Shown here one piece after another: positions 27,310 through 33,238 of a stretch of DNA of 33,238 bases. The DNA lies in the NCBI GenBank assembly GCA_005239615.1, contig SBBR01000060.1, positions 1 through 33,238 on the forward strand, in the 5' to 3' direction. Both the position numbers and the translations under genes were made by a program. The notes below the pieces were generated by a model. It searched no databases. It worked only from the letters and a program-made list of their open reading frames with translations, and was not told the DNA's origin. This stretch comes from an archaeon. GTDB taxonomy: Archaea > Iainarchaeota > Iainarchaeia > Iainarchaeales > Iainarchaeaceae. Each line of letters starts with the position of its first letter. The first letter of the stretch is position 1.

Positions 27310-27853
27310 ATGGGAAAAGATTCCGGCCTGATAACAGGTTACCTCGCAAAGGAAAGGAATTCCATTGCCGCAAGGTACGTTTCGGGAAAGAGGCTGCTTG
27401 ATATAGGCTGTGAATCCGGGCTACTGAGGAAATTGCTGGGAAAGGGCATGGAATACAACGGGATTGACATCTATGACAAAAAAGCTGGCATGGGCTTCAG
27501 GTACGCGTAGGGCGACATAGAAAAGGGCGTGAAGGGCTTCGGCAGGTCGACTGCCTAACAATGATGCAGTCATTGAGCACCTCAAGAGCCCTCATAAGGC
27601 TCTTGGGAACGCCTTTTCCTCCCTGCGCAAAAACGGCAGGCTCATCCTAACGACTCCAACAATAGCGGGTGATGCCGTGCACAAAATCTTCAGGAGGATA
27701 GGCCTTGTCTCGAGCTTCGCCGCGGAGGACCACAAGCACATATTCTCGCTGGAAGAGCTCAAGTCGGCATGCCAGCAAGCGGGATTCAGGATCATTGAAG
27801 CGAGGACGTTCAAGCTTGGCTTTAACCAGTTTGTAGTTTGCGAAAAACCCTGA
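27310..27853 (+). pseudogene. Class I SAM methyltransferase pseudogene
   Basis: LLDIGCESG, in-frame TAG 27508-27510, two frameshifts near 27548-27570, then AVIEHL..P..LRKNGRLILTTP..DHKHIF. Confidence 0.85.
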
Positions 27854-28453
27854 GGCCGCCAGACAACAATTACAAAGTTACAAGGAACCGTTATTGTTGG
27901 CTGGGAAATTGCGCTTGTACCGCCCAATTCTCCTAGTTTCGTCCCCACACCAAAATGCAAAAGGGTAAAGTAATGGTCTTCGGCACGCCCTTCACGCAGC
28001 CATACCGTTTACCCATGCCACTGCTTTTTTCTTCTCGATGTAGAGAATCTCCTCCTCTATTTTCTTGTTCCTCTTTATACATGACTTAGCCAGTTTAGGG
28101 AGGACTGATTAAGATTGTGTGTCGCAATTTTTCATTGATGCAAAGCCGCCAAATGCTTCGGGCGACCATTAAAACGGTCGGTAATCCTTGATAAACCCGG
28201 CCAAATTTTCCAGAACGACAGAGCCAAACTGCCGGCAATTTATTGTTTTACGTGGCCTCATTGGTAGGATAACGACCGACCGGATAAATGGGCTACACGG
28301 CAATGGCACTCTTAGCGCGGAATCTGCCTGAACCAAAAACATTTAATTAAGTCAGGGGCGGAATTATAGCAGTCCGGGAAAACGCTTTGGTGGAATTCCG
28401 GACGGCTATCTGCAACCCGGCCAATTATCGGCGGCATATTTTTTGGTGGTTGA

Positions 28454-29428
28454 GTGGAAAGGGTTCTCGTCACTGGAGGCTGCGGATTCATAGGAAGCGC
28501 TTTCGTGAGGATGCTGCTGAAGGAAACTGATGCTGAGGTGGTGAACCTCGACCTGCTCACCTATGCTGGAAACCCGAACAATCTAAGAGGCGTCGCGGAA
28601 GACAAAAGCCTCGGCAAGAGGTATACATTCATAAAAGGGGACATTGCGGACAGGAAAACCACCGCAAAGGCCCTTGAAGGGATTGACACAGTGTTCAGCT
28701 TCGCGGCCGAGAGCCATGTGGACAATTCCATAAAAGACTCTTCAGCTTTCGTGCGCACAAATGTGGCTGGGACCAAGAACATGGGTGAATGCGCAATGAA
28801 AGCTGGGGTCGAGCGCTTTGTGCAAGTCTCGACCGACGAAGTCTATGGCTCGGTCGAGAAAGGCTCATCGAAGGAAACCGATAGGCTAGAACCCCGCAAT
28901 CCGTACTCCGCAACGAAGGCGGCGTCAGACCTCATAGCGCTGAGCTACTTCACGACGTTCGGCTTCGATGTTTTGGTCACGCGCAGCTCGAACAATTATG
29001 GCCCTTATCAGTACCCTGAAAAGGTCATCCCGCTCTTCATCACGAACCTTCTTGAAGAAAAAAAAGTGCCGCTTTATGGCGACGGCAAAAACGTGAGGGA
29101 CTGGCTACACGTGGAGGACAACTGCCGCGCACTCCTAACTGTCTACCGGAAGGGGAAGAAGGGCGAAATCTACAACATCGGCGGCGGGAACGAAGTGCAG
29201 AATATTGAGTTGACGAAAAAAATCCTCAGGCTGACAGGGAGGGACGAGAGCTATATAGAGCTTGTGGAGGACAGAAAAGGGCATGACAGGCGCTACTCGC
29301 TCGACAGCTCAAAAACGAGGGCGCTCGGGTGGGAGCCGATGAAAAGATTTGACGAGGGCCTCGCCGAAACAGTGAAATGGTATAAGGAAAATGAATGGTG
29401 GTGGAAGCCACTGAAGGGGAAAGTATAA
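28454..29428 (+). CDS. rmlB: dTDP-glucose 4,6-dehydratase
   Basis: VTGGCGFIGS, DLLTYAGN, AAESHVD, STDEVYG, PYSATKA, NNYGPYQYPEK, RDWLHVED, HDRRY. Confidence 0.97.
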   Translation: MERVLVTGGCGFIGSAFVRMLLKETDAEVVNLDLLTYAGNPNNLRGVAEDKSLGKRYTFIKGDIADRKTTAKALEGIDTVFSFAAESHVDNSIKDSSAFVRTNVAGTKNMGECAMKAGVERFVQVSTDEVYGSVEKGSSKETDRLEPRNPYSATKAASDLIALSYFTTFGFDVLVTRSSNNYGPYQYPEKVIPLFITNLLEEKKVPLYGDGKNVRDWLHVEDNCRALLTVYRKGKKGEIYNIGGGNEVQNIELTKKILRLTGRDESYIELVEDRKGHDRRYSLDSSKTRALGWEPMKRFDEGLAETVKWYKENEWWWKPLKGKV

Positions 29429-29576
29429 TGATTACAAATCTTTTTTGGCAATTTTTTACTATGATAACGGACTTGAAATTAAAAACCCTAAAGAACCTAT
29501 TGGCAGTTAAAGTTTATACAGCTGTTTAACAGTTGGTGATGAAATGGAAAATATTATTGAAAAAAGAGGGGGATAG

Positions 29577-30305
29577 ATGAAAGGCATTATTCTTGCTGGC
29601 GGGCGGGGCAGCAGGCTAAAACCCCTTACTTCTGTCCTGAACAAGCATCTTCTGCCGATTTACGACAAGCCGATGATTTATTACCCGATTGAAACCCTGA
29701 GGCGGGCTGGCATCAAGGATATCTTGGTCATCACGGGAACAGAGCATGCAGGAGACGTCTTCGCCCTGCTTGGTTCCGGAAAGGACTTCGGCGTGAACTT
29801 CACCTTCAGAGTTCAGGACGAGGCCGGAGGGCTGCCGCAGGCAATCGGGCTTGCAAAGGAATTTGTGGAAAACGACAGGTTCGTTTCAATCAACGGTGAC
29901 AACATACTCTTCGACGACATCACACCGTTCGTAAAGGCGTTCGAGAAGGGAAAGGAAAAGGCGAGAATCCTGCTATTTGAGACGACGCGGGAGGAGGCCA
30001 CGAAAGCCGGAGTGGCAGTGCTCGAGGGCGAAAAGGTCGTGAAGGTTGTCGAGAAGCCGAAGGACCCGCCCACTAACTGGGTTGTCGTGGGTGTCTACAT
30101 GTATACGCCACAGGTTTTCGACGTGATAAAAACCCTCAAACCAAGCGCGCGCGGGGAACTGGAGATCGCCGACCTGCACAATTACTACATAAAGGTTGGC
30201 TCGCTCGCGGCAAGCAGGCTCACGAAGGAATGGCTCGATGCAGGCAGCTTTGACGAGCTGCTGCGCGTGAACAGGTTTGTCGGGGAGAGAAATGCAAGGC
30301 AATAA
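29577..30305 (+). CDS. rmlA: Glucose-1-phosphate thymidylyltransferase (short form)
   Basis: GIILAGGRGSRLKPLT, KHLLPIYDKPMIYY, EKP, PSARGELEI, WLDAG. Confidence 0.95.
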   Translation: MKGIILAGGRGSRLKPLTSVLNKHLLPIYDKPMIYYPIETLRRAGIKDILVITGTEHAGDVFALLGSGKDFGVNFTFRVQDEAGGLPQAIGLAKEFVENDRFVSINGDNILFDDITPFVKAFEKGKEKARILLFETTREEATKAGVAVLEGEKVVKVVEKPKDPPTNWVVVGVYMYTPQVFDVIKTLKPSARGELEIADLHNYYIKVGSLAASRLTKEWLDAGSFDELLRVNRFVGERNARQ

Positions 30306-30383
30306 TGCTGCCCGACAATGCATCTATCGCCCCAAAAAAATCGGAAACTCCTTATTCTCTCCATTAAAAACCCTTTTGCGGCC

Positions 30384-30407
30384 CAAACATACAGTCAAAC
30401 ATACAGT
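30384..30407 (+). repeat. Tandem 12-bp duplication CAAACATACAGT x2
   Basis: Direct reading of the sequence; lies upstream of the methyltransferase. Confidence 0.8.
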
Positions 30408-30421
30408 TATTCAATAATCTG

Positions 30422-31156
30422 GTGTGTGGCTTGGATAAGAAGGAACTCCTCAACATCAGCGCGCTGGAGGAAAAAAACTTCTGGCATGTCTCGAGGCGCG
30501 ACCTGCTGGACAGGATGCTCCCGAACGGCTCCGGTGATGTCTTCGAGATAGGCGTTGGGTGCGGCAAAAATCTTGAGTTCCTGCGCTCGAAAGGCTACAG
30601 CGTAGAGGGCATTGATATGGACCCTACCGCTGTCAAGTTCTCCCGCAAAAAGGGTCTGGACGTCACGAGGAAAAAAATCGAGGAGTACGATTTCAGGAAA
30701 AAGTACGACCTCGTGCTCATGATGGATGTGCTTGAGCACATCGAGGATGACGCTGCGTGCGTGAAGAGGCTCGCGCGAGGCATAAAGAATGGGGGCCACC
30801 TTTATCTCACCGTGCCTGCGTATAGGTTCATGTACGGCCCACATGACCTTCTGTGTCACCACCACAGGAGGTATGAAATCGACGACGTGAGAAGGCTTGT
30901 CAGTGGCGCAGGGCTGTCCATCAAGAGGCTCAGCTACTGGAACGGTACCTATTTCCTGCCTGTGGCGGTGTTCAAGTACTTCCGCAGGGTTCTGTTCGAC
31001 GGCGATCTAACCAAGACCAACCCCGACCTCGGGATAGCTCCGGAGCCATTCAACACTGCAATTATCCAGAGCCTGAGGCTAGAGAACCGTGCCATAAGCG
31101 AGGGAATTGTCATACCATTCGGCTCTAGCGTGGTGTGCCTAGCGCAGAAGCCCTGA
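30422..31156 (+). CDS. Class I SAM-dependent methyltransferase (glycan-cluster type)
   Basis: E..FWH..RR, FEIGVGCG.N, MDVLEHIEDD, LTVPA, HD...HHHRRY, PFGSS. Confidence 0.92.
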   Translation: MCGLDKKELLNISALEEKNFWHVSRRDLLDRMLPNGSGDVFEIGVGCGKNLEFLRSKGYSVEGIDMDPTAVKFSRKKGLDVTRKKIEEYDFRKKYDLVLMMDVLEHIEDDAACVKRLARGIKNGGHLYLTVPAYRFMYGPHDLLCHHHRRYEIDDVRRLVSGAGLSIKRLSYWNGTYFLPVAVFKYFRRVLFDGDLTKTNPDLGIAPEPFNTAIIQSLRLENRAISEGIVIPFGSSVVCLAQKP

Positions 31157-31403
31157 ACACCACGGGCAATCTTGTTCTCTCAGGACGAGACCTCGTCCCA
31201 AAGGGACAAGGGCCATGAATGGCAAGAGGTCCTTTTTGGTTGCTGAGGCAGCCTTCCAAGCCATTTTCCATAGGCGCGGCAGAGGGCGTTGTACCAAAAA
31301 GGATTTTTAAGGCCGGAAGGAAGTTAGTAAGGCGCGGCAGAGGCATTAACGCGCGTTTAAGGTTTATATTCAGGTTCGTGGCATTGTTTGTAAGGTTTTT
31401 ATA

Positions 31404-32897
31404 ATGAAAATCCTGATGCTAAATCCGCCTTTCCTTTTCAGATTTTCAAGGACAAGCAGGTCTCCCGCCATCTCGAAGGGCGGGTGCGTTTACTACCCAA
31501 TCTGGATGGGCTATGCAACCGGCGTGCTCGAGAAAGCAGGCCATGACGTAAAGCTGCTTGACTGCCCAGCTTCTGGCATGAAGCTCGAAGAAGTTGTGGA
31601 GCTAACGAGGGACTGGAAACCAGAGCTCATTGTGGTTGATTCTGTTACTGCTTCGTTCAACAACGACGTGAAGGTTGTTGAAACCCTGAAGGACGCCAGA
31701 CCTGAGGCGTTCATCATAATGGTAGGAACGCACGTTGGCGCGCTGCCGGAGATATCACTGAGGGCGAGCAGGAAGATTGATGCTGTTGCGCGTGGGGAGT
31801 ACGATTACATACTGAGGGACCTCGCGCACGCGCTCGAGTACAAGAAGTCGCTTGACACGGTGCTTGGTATCACTTACTGGGACGGCGAAGGGAAGTTAAA
31901 ATTCACGCCTAACATGCCGCCGATTGAACAGGAGGGCCTCGATGACATGCCCTTTGTAAGCGACGTGTACAAAAGGCATTTGAAAATCAGGGACTATTTT
32001 TACCCTTCGGTGCTCTTCCCTGAGGTCACAATCATAACAGGTCGCGGATGCAAGTACCGCTGCACATTCTGCAAGTGGCCGCAGACCCTGACCGGGCATT
32101 CTTACAGGGCGCGTAGCGTGAAGAACGTAGTCGACGAGTTCGAGTGGATTGCAAAGAACCTGCCTGAAGTAAAGGACATAATGATTGAAGACGACACCCT
32201 AACACAGGACAAGGCGCGCACAATAGAGCTTTGCAGGGAAGTGCAGAGCCGTGGCCTTGATATTACATGGACATGCAATTCGCGCGCCGACCTTGATTTG
32301 GAGACAATGCAGTGGATGAAGAAAGGCGGCTGCAGGCTCATGTGTGTTGGCTTTGAGAGCGCGGACCAGCTGATACTCAACAACATCAAGAAGGGCACGC
32401 GTATAGAGAAGATAGAGCAGTTCATGGTTGATTCCAAGAAAGCGAACCTCCTAGTGCACGGGTGCTTCATGATGGGGAACAACGGTGAGACAAAGGAAAC
32501 TATAAAGAAGACTGTTGAATGGGCGAAGAAGCTCGAGCCAGACACGGCGCAATTCTTCCCGATAATGGTATACCCCGGCACGGAGGCATTCAGGTGGGCG
32601 CAGGAAGGCGGCTACCTCACAACGCAGAAGTGGGGCGAATGGCTCACTGTAGAGGGAACGCACAACACCATTGTGAGCACGGAGCACCTTAAGGCAGATG
32701 AGCTTGTGGCTTCTTGCGACTGGGCACGCAAGGAATTTTATTGGAGGCCCTCATATATTGTAAGCAGGCTGAAGCTCATGCTGAGCCAGCCACGCGAAGC
32801 TCCGAGGCTCATGATGGGCGCGAAGACATTCATGAAGTACCTCCTCGACATTGACTTTTGGAAGAAGTCGGCGGCGGAAAAACAAGTAAGTGCATGA
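31404..32897 (+). CDS. Cobalamin-binding radical SAM protein, HpnJ-like
   Basis: N-terminal B12-binding domain (YPIW, GTHV, RGEYD), GRGCKYRCTFCKWPQT (CxxxCxxC), EDDT, VGFES, GET, YPGT. Confidence 0.9.
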   Translation: MKILMLNPPFLFRFSRTSRSPAISKGGCVYYPIWMGYATGVLEKAGHDVKLLDCPASGMKLEEVVELTRDWKPELIVVDSVTASFNNDVKVVETLKDARPEAFIIMVGTHVGALPEISLRASRKIDAVARGEYDYILRDLAHALEYKKSLDTVLGITYWDGEGKLKFTPNMPPIEQEGLDDMPFVSDVYKRHLKIRDYFYPSVLFPEVTIITGRGCKYRCTFCKWPQTLTGHSYRARSVKNVVDEFEWIAKNLPEVKDIMIEDDTLTQDKARTIELCREVQSRGLDITWTCNSRADLDLETMQWMKKGGCRLMCVGFESADQLILNNIKKGTRIEKIEQFMVDSKKANLLVHGCFMMGNNGETKETIKKTVEWAKKLEPDTAQFFPIMVYPGTEAFRWAQEGGYLTTQKWGEWLTVEGTHNTIVSTEHLKADELVASCDWARKEFYWRPSYIVSRLKLMLSQPREAPRLMMGAKTFMKYLLDIDFWKKSAAEKQVSA

Positions 32898-33105
32898 TGC
32901 CTCTACAGTTCTATTGATGGGCAGGTCTACCTTCCCCAAGCAAGGGTTTGATATGTGAAAAATATGCCACTTTTTCTTTCGCTAAATCGTTGGAGGTTTC
33001 TCGGGCTGAAAGAAAAGCGCCGTTGATAAGTAGGTAAGTGTTTAGATCCTATCTTATAGCCTGTGGCAATGGAAAAGGTGAAACTAGATTGTATATAGAG
33101 AATTT

Positions 33106-33238
33106 TGCGTTGGCAGAAGTTCCTTCGACGCGACGGATTCTGAGCGCCGCGGGCTGAAGCCCAGCGAAGCATTTTCCGTCAACGGAAATTCCCGCAGGGA
33201 TTTGGGTTGGCGGGGTCTCATAAACTACCGCCAACGGA
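33106..33238. repeat. Structured non-coding repeat element, copy 2 (truncated by the window end)
   Basis: Homologous to 26861-27000, with compensatory changes in stems. Confidence 0.75.

Noticed and set aside
27552..27562. GCCTAAC integron attC R''-like motif
   Set aside because: It lies within methyltransferase coding sequence (DCLTM), with no matching R' arm or integrase in the window
17984..27853. TAG reassignment (amber recoding), suggested by in-frame TAGs in three broken genes and by TAG ending almost none of the real genes
   Set aside because: None of the intact conserved genes needs TAG readthrough, and the TAG-containing genes also carry frameshifts, so they are pseudogenes
1..33238. 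CRISPR array, tRNA genes, transposase, integrase or reverse transcriptase
   Set aside because: No regularly spaced repeats, cloverleaf with T-loop or catalytic motifs of these enzymes were seen

Overview
Archaeal chromosomal segment, identified by TBP, Rpo4/F, L21e, AglB, AMP phosphorylase, TATA-box promoters and GGTG(A/G)-type SD sites. The stand-alone 5S rRNA and the mix of bacterial-type amino-acid pathways suggest a DPANN lineage such as Iainarchaeota/Diapherotrites (inference). Left to right: a minus-strand shikimate cluster (DAHP synthase, aroB and an aroE-aroK fusion that runs off the left edge and is missing from the ORF track); trpEGDCBA without trpF; two tail-to-tail ACT-domain regulators, each divergent from a biosynthetic operon (TrpY with a TGTACA palindrome, and an uncharacterised HTH-ACT protein with paired TGTY-N8-GACA boxes in front of argG-argF-argH); AMP phosphorylase; the conserved L21e-rpoF-DUF655-ksgA cluster; a highly symmetric TBP; 5S rRNA; several decayed genes; and an N-glycosylation/surface-glycan locus (AglH/ALG7, AglB/STT3, split Alg14/Alg13, GT2, epimerase, rmlB, rmlA, methyltransferases, HpnJ-like B12 radical SAM). 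The most unusual items are a repeated, structured non-coding element in the glycan locus (about 26861-27126 and 33106 to the window end) and the candidate archaeal arginine regulator with its operators. All family calls come from motif recognition by eye, not from database searches.
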